A stretch of 43,683 nt of DNA, taken from positions 1-43,683 of the forward strand of contig VAXM01000065.1 in the NCBI GenBank assembly GCA_005883335.1, written 5' to 3'. Every line of letters starts with the position of its first letter. Positions within the stretch are counted from its first letter, which is position 1. The position numbers and the translations under genes were made by a program. Below the pieces are notes generated by a model, which saw only the letters and a program-made list of their open reading frames with translations, did no database searches and was not told the origin of the DNA. Of the stretch, positions 7,970 through 16,421 are shown in pieces. Origin of the DNA: Actinomycetota bacterium (lineage in GTDB: Bacteria; Actinomycetota; Thermoleophilia; Gaiellales; Gaiellaceae).

Positions 7970-8715
7970 AGATCGTCGTCGGCCACCTCTTCCCGGACTA
8001 CCTCAACATTTACGCCGACCGCGGCAACATGGCTGTGCTGGCGCGCCGTGCGGCCTGGCGCGGGCACGAGGTCGAGGTGCGAGGGCTCGGTGCGGACAAC
8101 GCCGTGCGGCCCGGCGAGCACGACCTCTACTACATCGGCGGCGGGCAGGACCGCGAGCAGGAGCTGGTCGCGCCTGCCCTCGCGGCGCACGGTGAGGGGA
8201 TACATGCTGCGGTCGACGGCGGCGCCGCGCTGCTCGCCGTCTGCGGCGGCTATCAACTTCTCGGGCGCTTCTACCGCGACCAGAGCGGCGACGAGCTGCC
8301 CGGCGTCGGCCTGTTTCCGCTCCACACCGTGGCCGGCGAGCGGCGAATGATCGGCGACGTCCTCCTCGAGTGCGAGCTCGAGCCCGGCGACCGCCGCACC
8401 CTGGCGGGCTTCGAGAACCACGCGGGCCGCACGTACCTCGACGGGGGCGCCGAGCCCCTCGGCAGGGTTGTGGCCGGCTTCGGCAACGACGGCGAGACCG
8501 GCTACGAGGGGTGCCGGGTCGGCCGCGCTGTCGGCACCTATCTGCACGGGCCCCTTCTTCCCCGCAACGCGTGGCTCGCCGACTGGCTGCTGTCCCAGGC
8601 GATCGCGCACCGCACCGGTGAGGTTCCGACCTTCGAGCCGCTCGAGGACGACCTCGAAGCGGAAGCGCACGAGGTCTCGGCGCGCCGGGCCCGCACGCGA
8701 GGCGGCCGCTACTAA
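7966..8715 (+). CDS. gatD: glutamine amidotransferase subunit GatD (CobB/CobQ-like GATase)
   Basis: 'MKIVVGHLFPDYLNIYADRGN' N-terminus, nucleophile 'AVCGGYQLLG', 'FENHAGRT' His block. Coupled to murT. Confidence 0.85.
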   Translation: MKIVVGHLFPDYLNIYADRGNMAVLARRAAWRGHEVEVRGLGADNAVRPGEHDLYYIGGGQDREQELVAPALAAHGEGIHAAVDGGAALLAVCGGYQLLGRFYRDQSGDELPGVGLFPLHTVAGERRMIGDVLLECELEPGDRRTLAGFENHAGRTYLDGGAEPLGRVVAGFGNDGETGYEGCRVGRAVGTYLHGPLLPRNAWLADWLLSQAIAHRTGEVPTFEPLEDDLEAEAHEVSARRARTRGGRY

Positions 8716-8735
8716 CTGTTCACGCGCGCGCCCCT

Positions 8736-8754
8736 GGGTGGGTGGGGGTTAGGG
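8736..8754 (+). other. canonical G-quadruplex motif GGGTGGGTGGGGGTTAGGG
   Basis: Four G-runs of at least 3 nt with loops of 1, 1 and 3 nt, 21 nt after the gatD stop, on the gatD sense strand. Confidence 0.5.
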
Positions 8755-8772
8755 ACGGTACCGGCTCGATGC

Positions 8773-8808
8773 GCACAGAAGTGTGACGGCTTCGTGCCGA
8801 TTCTGTGC
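8773..8808. terminator. hairpin between convergent gatD and nudix genes
   Basis: GCACAGAA ... TTCTGTGC (8-bp arms) enclosing an inner CGGC-TTCGT-GCCG. Lies between stops at 8715 (+) and 8815 (-). Confidence 0.4.
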
Positions 8809-8814
8809 CGTTGT

Positions 8815-9270
8815 CTACGGCGCCCAGAGAGCGCCCAGATAGACCACCGGATCGCCGGGGCTCCAACGCTGCAGGAAGCGGTGGATCGGCGGGTGGAGCA
8901 CGACGTCGTCCAGCTCGTCGGGCGCGAACAGCCGATGGCCACGGACCGCCGCGTCGGCGGAGGTCACCGCCTCGAGCGAGCGGCCGCCGAGGTCGCCGCC
9001 GAAGATGATGTGAACCACGTGCTTGGCCGCGAACGAGCGCACGGGTGCGATCGAATCGACGATCGCGACCGGCCCCTCGACCGGTAGCTCGTCCGTGATC
9101 CCGAGCTCCTCGACCAGCTCACGGTGCAGCGCAGTGACGAGGCTCTCGCCCGAGTTCACGCCGCCTCCGGGCAGCAGCCAGTAGTGGCGATCGCCCTTCT
9201 CGTGCCGGCAGAGGAGGACGCTCCCGCGCCAGCGCAGGATCGCGGAGACGCGGATCCGCGGCTCGGCCAT
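8815..9270 (-). CDS. NUDIX hydrolase
   Basis: Nudix box 'GGGVNSGESLVTALHRELVEELGI'. The start shares 1 nt with the dut stop (TGATG). Confidence 0.8.
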   Translation of the reverse strand: MAEPRIRVSAILRWRGSVLLCRHEKGDRHYWLLPGGGVNSGESLVTALHRELVEELGITDELPVEGPVAIVDSIAPVRSFAAKHVVHIIFGGDLGGRSLEAVTSADAAVRGHRLFAPDELDDVVLHPPIHRFLQRWSPGDPVVYLGALWAP

Positions 9271-9704
9271 CAGTTCCCCGACGACCCATGGCCGCGCACG
9301 CCGCGCTCGGTCACGGGCAGCTCGTTCGTCTCGGCCAGCTCGAGCTCCGGCACCTCGAGCACCACGAGCTGCGCGATGCGCATCCCCGGCTCGACGACGA
9401 AGCGCTCGGACCGGTCGGTATTGAGCAGGATCACCTTGAGCTCACCGCGATAGCCGGAGTCGACCAGCCCGGGGGCATTGACGATCGAGATGCCGTGGCG
9501 GTCGGCGAGCCCGGAGCGCGGCTGAACGAACCCGGCATGCCCCTCCGGAATCGCGACCGCCAGGCCGGTGCCCACAACCGCCCTCTCTCCCGGCCCGAGC
9601 TCGTGCCGCTCGCAGGCAGCCAGGTCGAGCCCCGCGTCCCCCGCGTAGGCCCGCTCGGGAAGCACCGCGTCCTCGCGCAGCCGCCGAATGGGCAGCTCGA
9701 TCAT
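9270..9704 (-). CDS. dut: dUTP diphosphatase
   Basis: 144 aa. 'DAGLDL', 'PRSGLADRHGI', 'GLVDSGYRGEL' and C-terminal 'ERGVRGHGSSG' motifs. Confidence 0.9.
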   Translation of the reverse strand: MIELPIRRLREDAVLPERAYAGDAGLDLAACERHELGPGERAVVGTGLAVAIPEGHAGFVQPRSGLADRHGISIVNAPGLVDSGYRGELKVILLNTDRSERFVVEPGMRIAQLVVLEVPELELAETNELPVTERGVRGHGSSGN

Positions 9705-11011
9705 GGGCTCGTGCGCGCTGAGAGCTCGCCCGGCTCGGCGATCAGGTACGGCGCGAACCGCCGGATCTCTCCGCGAGGCAGTCGGGCCCGGATGAAGACG
9801 CCCTCCGGGCGATCGGCGCGCTCGTCGACGGGTGCGCCGAGTGCGTAGAGCTCTGCCAGCCGCGAGCCGTCGGCGTAAGGAATCAGGAGCCGCACGGGCT
9901 CGAAGCGCTCCGCGAAGAGGTGCGCAATCCGCCTGCGCAGGTCGTCCAGCCCCTCCCCGGTCCGCGCCGAAACCTGCAGCGCGTCCGGAAAACGGTTCGC
10001 GAGCCTCCGCCGACCGAGCGCGTCCACGGCATCGATCTTGTTCAGGACGAGCTCGACGGGCAGCTCGCCGGCGCCGATCTCGCGCAGAACACGGTCGACC
10101 GCCTCGAGCATCTCGTCGAGCCGCGCCTCGGCCACGGACGCGTCGGCCACGTGGAGAACCGTGTCCGCGACGAGCGTCTCCTCCAGCGTCGCTGCGAAGC
10201 CTTCGACGAGCTCGTGCGGCAACCGGCGGATGAAGCCGACCGTGTCCGTCACGAGATACCGGCGACCGTCGACCTCGAAGCCGCGGGTGGTCGGGTCGAG
10301 CGTCTCGAAGAGGCGATCGTTCACGGACGCGCCCGCGCCGGTGAGCGCGTTCAGCAGCGTCGACTTGCCCACGTTCGTGTAGCCCGCGAGAGCGATGGTC
10401 GGCGTCTCCGAGCGGCGGCGCGACTTCCTGCGCACGGCGCGCTGCTGACCGAGCCCGCGCAGGCGTCGCCGCAGCAGCGCGATGCGCCGCCGCGCCAGGC
10501 GTCGATCGGTCTCGAGCTGCGTCTCACCCGGGCCTCGCGTCCCGACTCCACCGCCCAGGCGCTCGAGGTGCTGCCACAGGCCGCGCATGCGCGGGAGGTT
10601 GTACTCGAGCTGCGCGAGCTCGACCTGGAGCTTGCCCTCGGCGCTCACGGCATGCTGGGCGAAGATGTCGAGGATCAGCTGCGTCCGGTCGACGACCCTT
10701 GCCTCGAGGGCGTTCTCGAGCGCTCGCTGCTGCACCGGGCTGAGCTCGCCGTCGACGAGGAGCACCTCGGCCTTGGACGCGGGATAGGCCTCCTTCAGCT
10801 CCGCGAGCTTGCCTTTGCCCACGTAACTACGCGGGTCGGGCTGCGCGCGGTGCTGAGTCAGCGCGTCGACGGGCTCGACGCCCGCGGTGCGCGCGAGCTC
10901 TTCCAGCTCGGCCAGCTCCTGCTCTGGAACGACGCCCTGGGCCAGCACTGCGAGGACGAACCCGCGCTCGGGCTCTGCGCCCGGCGCCGGATCGGGCTGG
11001 TGTGCCGTCAC
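9701..11011 (-). CDS. hflX: GTPase HflX
   Basis: 436 aa. HflX N-domain plus G-domain with 'GYTNVGKSTLLN', 'DTVGF' and 'NKID'. 4-nt overlaps with both neighbours. Confidence 0.9.
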   Translation of the reverse strand: MTAHQPDPAPGAEPERGFVLAVLAQGVVPEQELAELEELARTAGVEPVDALTQHRAQPDPRSYVGKGKLAELKEAYPASKAEVLLVDGELSPVQQRALENALEARVVDRTQLILDIFAQHAVSAEGKLQVELAQLEYNLPRMRGLWQHLERLGGGVGTRGPGETQLETDRRLARRRIALLRRRLRGLGQQRAVRRKSRRRSETPTIALAGYTNVGKSTLLNALTGAGASVNDRLFETLDPTTRGFEVDGRRYLVTDTVGFIRRLPHELVEGFAATLEETLVADTVLHVADASVAEARLDEMLEAVDRVLREIGAGELPVELVLNKIDAVDALGRRRLANRFPDALQVSARTGEGLDDLRRRIAHLFAERFEPVRLLIPYADGSRLAELYALGAPVDERADRPEGVFIRARLPRGEIRRFAPYLIAEPGELSARTSP

Positions 11012-12186
11012 GCCTCGATTATGCCTGCTCGCAAGGAAGATTCGATGCGGCCCACAGCCTCCTCCAGACGGTCGTCAGGAACCGTCAAGGAGATGCGGAA
11101 GAAGCCTTCTCCGCTCGGGCCGTAGGCCGGCCCAGGCGAGACGACGACGGCCGCCCGCTCGAGCACGAGCTCGACGAACGACTCGGAGGTGTAGCCCTCC
11201 GGGACGCGCACCCAGAAATACGGCGTCGCCTTCGGCGGCTCGACCTCGAGGCCGATCGCGGCGAACGCTTCCGCGACGAGGTCGCGCCGGCGCCGGTAGA
11301 CCTCGGACATCTCGCCCGGAAAGCTCTCGGCCACGGTCAACGCGACGACGGTCGCCCGCTGAACCGCCTCGAACATGCCCGAGTCGAGATTCGTCTTGAG
11401 CTGCCGGTAGCGCTCGACGACCTCGGCATTGCCCGCGACGAGGCCGGAGCGCCAGCCGGTCATGTTCCAGCCCTTCGACAGGGAGAAGATCTCGATGCCG
11501 ACCTCCTTCGCGCCCCGCGTCTCGAGGAAGCTCGGTGCGCGGTAACCGTCGAAGGTGATCTCCGAGTACGCGTTGTCGTGGACGACCACCACGTGGTGCT
11601 CGCGGGCGAATTCGACGGCGCGCTCGAAGAACCCGGGCTCCACGACCGCGCCGGTCGGGTTGTTTGGGTAGTTGAGGAAAAGCACGTTTGCCCCGGCCGC
11701 TCTCTCGCCCGGGACCGCGTCGAGGTCGGGCAGGAAGCCGTTCTCTTCCTCCAACGGCAGGTACTCGACCTCGGCCTCGGCGAAGAGCGGTCCGGACGTG
11801 TAAGGCGGGTAGCCGGGATCGGGCGAGAGGCAGACGTCGCCGGGATCGAGCAGTGCGAGGCAGACGTGGCCGACCGCCTCTTTGCCGCCGAGTGCCGGGA
11901 TGACCTCTGTGGCCGGGTCGAGCTCGACGCCGAACCGGCGCCGGTAGAAGCCGGCCGCTGCCTCGCGGAACTCCTTCGAGCCCTGGTTGCTCGGGTACCG
12001 GTGCGTCGACGGATCGCTTGCCGCCTCTGCAAGCGCGGCGACGACGGGCTCAGGCGTCGGCAGGTCGGGGTCTCCGATCCCGAGGCTGATCACGTCGATC
12101 CCCGCTCGTTGCTTCTCGGCGATCTTCCGCTCGAGCTCCGCGAACAGGTACGGCGGGACCTGGTCGAGCCGCCGCGCGAACTTCAC
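11008..12186 (-). CDS. dapL: class I/II PLP aminotransferase, probably LL-diaminopimelate aminotransferase (DapL-type)
   Basis: 'L.QVPPYLFAELERKI' N-terminus and PLP-Lys block 'SLSKGWNMTGWRSG'. Wedged between dapF and hflX. Substrate assignment is inference from family resemblance and context. Confidence 0.6.
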   Translation of the reverse strand: MKFARRLDQVPPYLFAELERKIAEKQRAGIDVISLGIGDPDLPTPEPVVAALAEAASDPSTHRYPSNQGSKEFREAAAGFYRRRFGVELDPATEVIPALGGKEAVGHVCLALLDPGDVCLSPDPGYPPYTSGPLFAEAEVEYLPLEEENGFLPDLDAVPGERAAGANVLFLNYPNNPTGAVVEPGFFERAVEFAREHHVVVVHDNAYSEITFDGYRAPSFLETRGAKEVGIEIFSLSKGWNMTGWRSGLVAGNAEVVERYRQLKTNLDSGMFEAVQRATVVALTVAESFPGEMSEVYRRRRDLVAEAFAAIGLEVEPPKATPYFWVRVPEGYTSESFVELVLERAAVVVSPGPAYGPSGEGFFRISLTVPDDRLEEAVGRIESSLRAGIIEA

Positions 12187-12959
12187 AGCTCGAACTCCGG
12201 GGCAAGCTCAATCAGGCAAATCTCTTCGGCGGGCCCTGTGAGAACGGCCCGACCGTCGGCGAGCTCGACTTGGAGGTCGCCGCCGACGAGGTGGACGGTG
12301 ACGGGGCTCTCGCACCAGCCCCGCGCGACGCCTGCTGCTGCTGCAGCTACGGAGCTTGTCCCCGACGAGAGCGTCTCCCCCGCCCCGCGCTCCCAGACGC
12401 CGATGGTCAGCTCGTGCGGCCCGTCGACGCGGACGAGCTGCACGTTCGTCCGTTTGGGGAAGCGGTCGTGGTTCTCGACCAGCGGCCCCAACCGGCGCAC
12501 TTCGTGGCGGTCGGGCTCGCGCCTGATCACCGCGTGCGGGTTTCCGACGGAAACCGCCGTCAGCTCGACCTCCTCGCCGGCCACGTCGATCGTCTCGGGC
12601 TCGTCGACCTCGACCTCGCCGACGTCGAGCTCGACGTCGCGCCCGCGCAACCGGGCGGCAACCTCGCGCGGGCCGACGCGAACGCGGACGGCCTCCTCCC
12701 CGCTCCGCCTCGCGAGCCACCGCGCCGCGATCCGCGTTCCGTTCCCGGAGAGCTCCGCCGTCGAGCCGTCCGGGTTCCAGATCACGACCTCGGCCTCGGC
12801 TCCGTTCGCGGAGACGACCTCGAGGATGCCGTCCGAGCCGACCCCGAAGTGGTAGTCGCAGATGCGGCGAACCCGCTCAGGCGTCAGCGGAACGTCGAGC
12901 TCGGCCCGCTCCACGAGCAGGTAGTCGTTCCCGAGACCGTGCCATTTCGAGAATCGCAT
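12183..12959 (-). CDS. dapF: diaminopimelate epimerase homologue (DapF fold) lacking both catalytic cysteines
   Basis: 'FSKWHGLGNDYLLV', 'NPDGSTAELSGNGTR', 'SVGNPHAV' and 'ERGAGETLSSGTSSVAAAAAG' align to DapF blocks. Probable start is ATG 12959; the track ORF extends to 13001. Confidence 0.8.
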   Translation of the reverse strand: MRFSKWHGLGNDYLLVERAELDVPLTPERVRRICDYHFGVGSDGILEVVSANGAEAEVVIWNPDGSTAELSGNGTRIAARWLARRSGEEAVRVRVGPREVAARLRGRDVELDVGEVEVDEPETIDVAGEEVELTAVSVGNPHAVIRREPDRHEVRRLGPLVENHDRFPKRTNVQLVRVDGPHELTIGVWERGAGETLSSGTSSVAAAAAGVARGWCESPVTVHLVGGDLQVELADGRAVLTGPAEEICLIELAPEFEL

Positions 12960-13803
12960 CCGCGAGCTCGCCCGGAGGGCGCAGGGCATCCAGGCTAACA
13001 ACGCCCGGAATGCGGCGCATCCAGCGGAGTTGGTAGATCGCGTAACGGCTCGTGCGGGCGATCAGGGCCTCCAGCGCCTTCTCGCGTGGGAGCTCGGCGA
13101 TCTCGCTGAGGCCGTGGACGTGACGCGCCGTCGGTGAGATCGGCCCCGCAAGCGCGACTCGGACCTCCTCCTCCACCCCGCGCTCGAACATCTCGTGGGT
13201 CCGCTTCGCGATGCGGCGTCGGAGCTCCTCGCGCGGGAGCTCGAGTCCCACGATCAGCGTCGGGTGTCGTGTCTCGCCCGCCCAGAGCCGGTCTTCGGAC
13301 GGGCGCAGCGAGGCGCCCGCCTCCGCAAGCTCGAGCGCGCGGACGACGCGGCGGCGGTCGTTCGCGTGCACGGCCGCAGCCGCGCCCGGGTCTCGCTCAG
13401 CGAGCAGCTCGTGGGCGCGCTCGCCGCCGACCCGGTCGTAGAGCCGTTCCAGTCGCTCGCGCATGCCGGGCTCGGGCGCGGGCGGCAGCTCGAGCTCGGC
13501 GAGCGCGGCGCGGAGGTAGAGACCCGTGCCGCCGACGACGACCGGCGTCCGCCCCGCCGCGAGGCTCTCGTCGATCGCCGCATGTGCCAGCTCCTGGTAC
13601 TCGCCGACCGATGCCTCGTGCTCGAGCCCCCAGATCCCGACGAGCCTCGCCGGCGACTGATTGGTCAGGATCGGGAGGCCGCGATAGGCCTGCATCGAGT
13701 CGGCGGAAACGAGCTCGGCGGGAATCCGGCGCGCGATCTCCTCCGCAACGGCGCTCTTGCCCGACGCCGTCGGCCCGAAGATGGCGATGACGCGGTCAGC
13801 CAC
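12877..13803 (-). CDS. miaA: tRNA dimethylallyltransferase
   Basis: P-loop 'IFGPTASGKSAVA', 'DSMQAYRGLPILTN' and 'YQLRWMRR'. GTG start at 13803. Confidence 0.9.
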   Translation of the reverse strand: MADRVIAIFGPTASGKSAVAEEIARRIPAELVSADSMQAYRGLPILTNQSPARLVGIWGLEHEASVGEYQELAHAAIDESLAAGRTPVVVGGTGLYLRAALAELELPPAPEPGMRERLERLYDRVGGERAHELLAERDPGAAAAVHANDRRRVVRALELAEAGASLRPSEDRLWAGETRHPTLIVGLELPREELRRRIAKRTHEMFERGVEEEVRVALAGPISPTARHVHGLSEIAELPREKALEALIARTSRYAIYQLRWMRRIPGVVSLDALRPPGELADAILEMARSRERLPARGAGRARRSADA

Positions 13804-14548
13804 GCAAGCGGGACCGAGCGCGGGCGATCTCCTCGTCGCTCACGCCGGCGGAGCGCAGGTACGCATCGATGCTCCCGTAGCGCCTCTCCAGCTCACCGAA
13901 GACGCCCGTGATCACCTCGGGCGGCGTCTGCGTGATCCGCTCGAGCCGCCGCCGCTCCGCCTTCGTCTCGGCGGCCTCCAGCCAGGCGTCGTGGCGTGGA
14001 CGCAGGCGGTCCTCGCTGAGCGCGTAGTCCGCGGCGATCTCCTCGATGGCGACTCCCGCGACCTCAAGGAGCAAGGCCGTCAGCAGCCCGGTGCGGTCCT
14101 TGCCGCCGACACAGTGGACGACGACACCACCTTCCGGGGCCTCGGCGACGGCCCGCACCGCGGCTCCCACGTTCGGCTTGAAGCACTCCAGAAAGATCAC
14201 GTAAGCCTCGCGCGTGGCGTCGGCGACCGGAAGGTCGTCGAGCCTCTCGAGTTGCTCCGCGATCTCCTCCCATTCGGGCTCGCTCGCTTCCATGAACGGG
14301 ACGTGAAGGACGTCGACCGGGAGCTCGCCGGGCGGGTCTTCGTCGCGTTCATGGTCGCCGCGGAGGTCGATCACCGTCCGGATCCCGTACGCGACCAACG
14401 CCTCCCAGCCCGCGGGCGAGAGCTGCCCGACGCTGTCCGCCCGCACGACCGAGCCGAACCTCGTCTCGGCCCCGTCCCCGGTCGGATGGCCGCCGAGGTC
14501 GCGGACGTTCAGGCAGCCGTCCCAGATGAGGTCGCGGCTACGCTGCAA
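13796..14548 (-). CDS. protein-tyrosine phosphatase family protein (CX5R, Y_phosphatase3-like)
   Basis: P-loop 'HCVGGKDRTG'. The first ~62 codons of the track ORF (to 14734) are Arg/Ser-rich and overlap miaB. The likely start is TTG 14548; the exact start is uncertain. Confidence 0.7.
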   Translation of the reverse strand: MQRSRDLIWDGCLNVRDLGGHPTGDGAETRFGSVVRADSVGQLSPAGWEALVAYGIRTVIDLRGDHERDEDPPGELPVDVLHVPFMEASEPEWEEIAEQLERLDDLPVADATREAYVIFLECFKPNVGAAVRAVAEAPEGGVVVHCVGGKDRTGLLTALLLEVAGVAIEEIAADYALSEDRLRPRHDAWLEAAETKAERRRLERITQTPPEVITGVFGELERRYGSIDAYLRSAGVSDEEIARARSRLRG

Positions 14549-15854
14549 CTGTTGCGAGCTCGACGCCTCGGAGGGTCGTCGACGTGGCGTCCTCGATCCG
14601 GACTTGCACCAACTCGCCCGGTGCCGCCGAGCCGGCGAAGACGACCGTCGTGTTGCGGCGCGTGCGGCCGCGCAGGAAGGCCGGATCGGTGCGGCTCGGG
14701 CCCTCGACGAGCACTTCCTCGACACGGCCCACACGCTCGCGCTTGCGTGCTTCCGCGACGTGCTGCACGACCTCGATCAGCCGCTCGATCCGCTCGCGCT
14801 TGAGCTCCTCCGGGATCTGGTTCGGTAGCGAGGCAGCCTCGGTGCCCTGTCGCGGCGAGTAGACGAACGTGAACGCGCCGTCGTAGCCGACCTGCTCGAC
14901 CGCGCTGACGGTCTCCTCGAACTCCTCATCGGTCTCTCCCGGGAAGCCGACGATCAGGTCGGTCGTCAACGCGAGGTCGGGGATCGCCGCCCGCAGCTCG
15001 TCGACGAGGCGCAGGTAACGCTCGCGCGAGTACGTGCGCCGCATCGCCTTCAGGACCCGGGTCGAGCCGGACTGCAGCGGCAGATGCGCGTGCTCGCACA
15101 CTGCGGCGCATTCGGCCATTGCCGCGATGACCCCCGCACGGAAGTCCTTCGGGTGCGGGCTCGTGAAGCGGATCCGCTCGATGCCCTCGGCGACATCGCA
15201 GGCGCGCAGGAGCTTGGCGAAGTCGCTGCCGACGTCGCGCCCGTAGGAGTTCACGTTCTGACCGAGCAGCGTGATCTCCCGCACGCCTTCACGGGCAAGA
15301 CCTTCGACCTCGGCCAGGATCTCGCCCGGCCGCCGCGAGACCTCGCGGCCGCGCACCGCCGGGACGATGCAGTACGCGCAGACGGAGTTGCACCCCATCG
15401 AGATCTGCACCCAGGCCTGGAAGCGCCGCTCGCGGTGCCTCGGCAGCCGGCCGGCGAATGCTCGATCCTCGGCGGTCCCGAACGCGCTCCGCTCGACGCC
15501 CAGCCCACCTGCGCCGAGCCATTCGCCGAGATGCGGAATCGACCCCGGCCCGAAGGCGACGTCGACAAACGGATAGAGCGAGAAGAGGCGCTCCCGCTGG
15601 GCCTCGGCATAGCAGCCGCCGACGGCGATCACCTTGTCGGGCTCCCGCTCCTTGAGCGCCCGCGCCTGCGCAAGATGGGCGGCGAACCGCCGGTCGGGCT
15701 TCTCGCGGATCGTGCACGTGTTGAAGACGAGCACGTCCGCGTCTTCCTGGGCCGGTGCCTCTCCCAGGCCGAGCTCCTCGAGCATGCCCTTGATCCGCTC
15801 GGAGTCGTGGGCGTTCATCTGGCAGCCGAATGTCGTGACGTGGTACCGGCGCAC
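14538..15854 (-). CDS. miaB: tRNA-2-methylthio-N6-dimethylallyladenosine synthase
   Basis: 'TFGCQMNAHDSE', radical-SAM 'GCNSVCAYCIVP' and a TRAM-like C-terminus. 438 aa. Confidence 0.9.
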   Translation of the reverse strand: MRRYHVTTFGCQMNAHDSERIKGMLEELGLGEAPAQEDADVLVFNTCTIREKPDRRFAAHLAQARALKEREPDKVIAVGGCYAEAQRERLFSLYPFVDVAFGPGSIPHLGEWLGAGGLGVERSAFGTAEDRAFAGRLPRHRERRFQAWVQISMGCNSVCAYCIVPAVRGREVSRRPGEILAEVEGLAREGVREITLLGQNVNSYGRDVGSDFAKLLRACDVAEGIERIRFTSPHPKDFRAGVIAAMAECAAVCEHAHLPLQSGSTRVLKAMRRTYSRERYLRLVDELRAAIPDLALTTDLIVGFPGETDEEFEETVSAVEQVGYDGAFTFVYSPRQGTEAASLPNQIPEELKRERIERLIEVVQHVAEARKRERVGRVEEVLVEGPSRTDPAFLRGRTRRNTTVVFAGSAAPGELVQVRIEDATSTTLRGVELATVAA

Positions 15855-15880
15855 GCGAAAAGCCTAGCCGGGGTCAGGCT

Positions 15881-16378
15881 TCAACTCGCGCAGGAGTCGG
15901 CCTTCAGCCCGCGTGCGACCTGGCCAGCCTGGTCGTTCAGCTGCTGGTTGATCCCGACGAGCTGCCGGATCTTCTGGAGGTCCCCGGCCTTCCCCGCGTT
16001 GGCCAGCGCGCCGAGGACGTTCCGCTGGCGCCTCGCCAGCTCGCGGAGCTGCGCGGCTTGCGACGCGATCTCCGGCGGCGCCTTCAGCCTCTGGATGGGC
16101 TTTAGGATCGCCTCGTCGTAGGCGGCAACGATTCGGTCGCCTCGCGAGCCGAGCTCACTGGGGCTGCCGGGCGTACCGATCTTCTGCTCCCGGCGCGCGA
16201 AGTCCTCGCACATCGCGTTCAGCTTCGCGACATATCGCGCCTTCGGCGACGCCGAGCCACACCCCGTGAGACCGACCACGAGCACGATTGCGACCGCGCA
16301 ACTCGCTGTGATTGCCCGCCCCAAGGCCGAAACTGTAGCGTCGGCCGTCGCCTGGACACGTTCCGCAGGACGTGTCAC
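15881..16378 (-). CDS. small helical lipoprotein, unknown function
   Basis: Lipobox 'VVGLTGC' after a hydrophobic stretch. High GC3. The start may be an internal TTG (~16321). Confidence 0.5.
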   Translation of the reverse strand: MTRPAERVQATADATVSALGRAITASCAVAIVLVVGLTGCGSASPKARYVAKLNAMCEDFARREQKIGTPGSPSELGSRGDRIVAAYDEAILKPIQRLKAPPEIASQAAQLRELARRQRNVLGALANAGKAGDLQKIRQLVGINQQLNDQAGQVARGLKADSCAS

Positions 16379-16421
16379 CCTTGTCGAGTCGTCAGTCCGG
16401 ACCGGTCCGAGGGAGGCAGGG

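Noticed and set aside
11002-12855. 617-aa plus-strand ORF
   Set aside because: It is antisense to dapL and dapF, and its composition is that of a GC artefact.
14549-14734. N-terminal extension of the phosphatase ORF
   Set aside because: It overlaps the conserved C-terminus of miaB and encodes Arg/Ser-rich junk. The conserved phosphatase sequence begins after about 14548.
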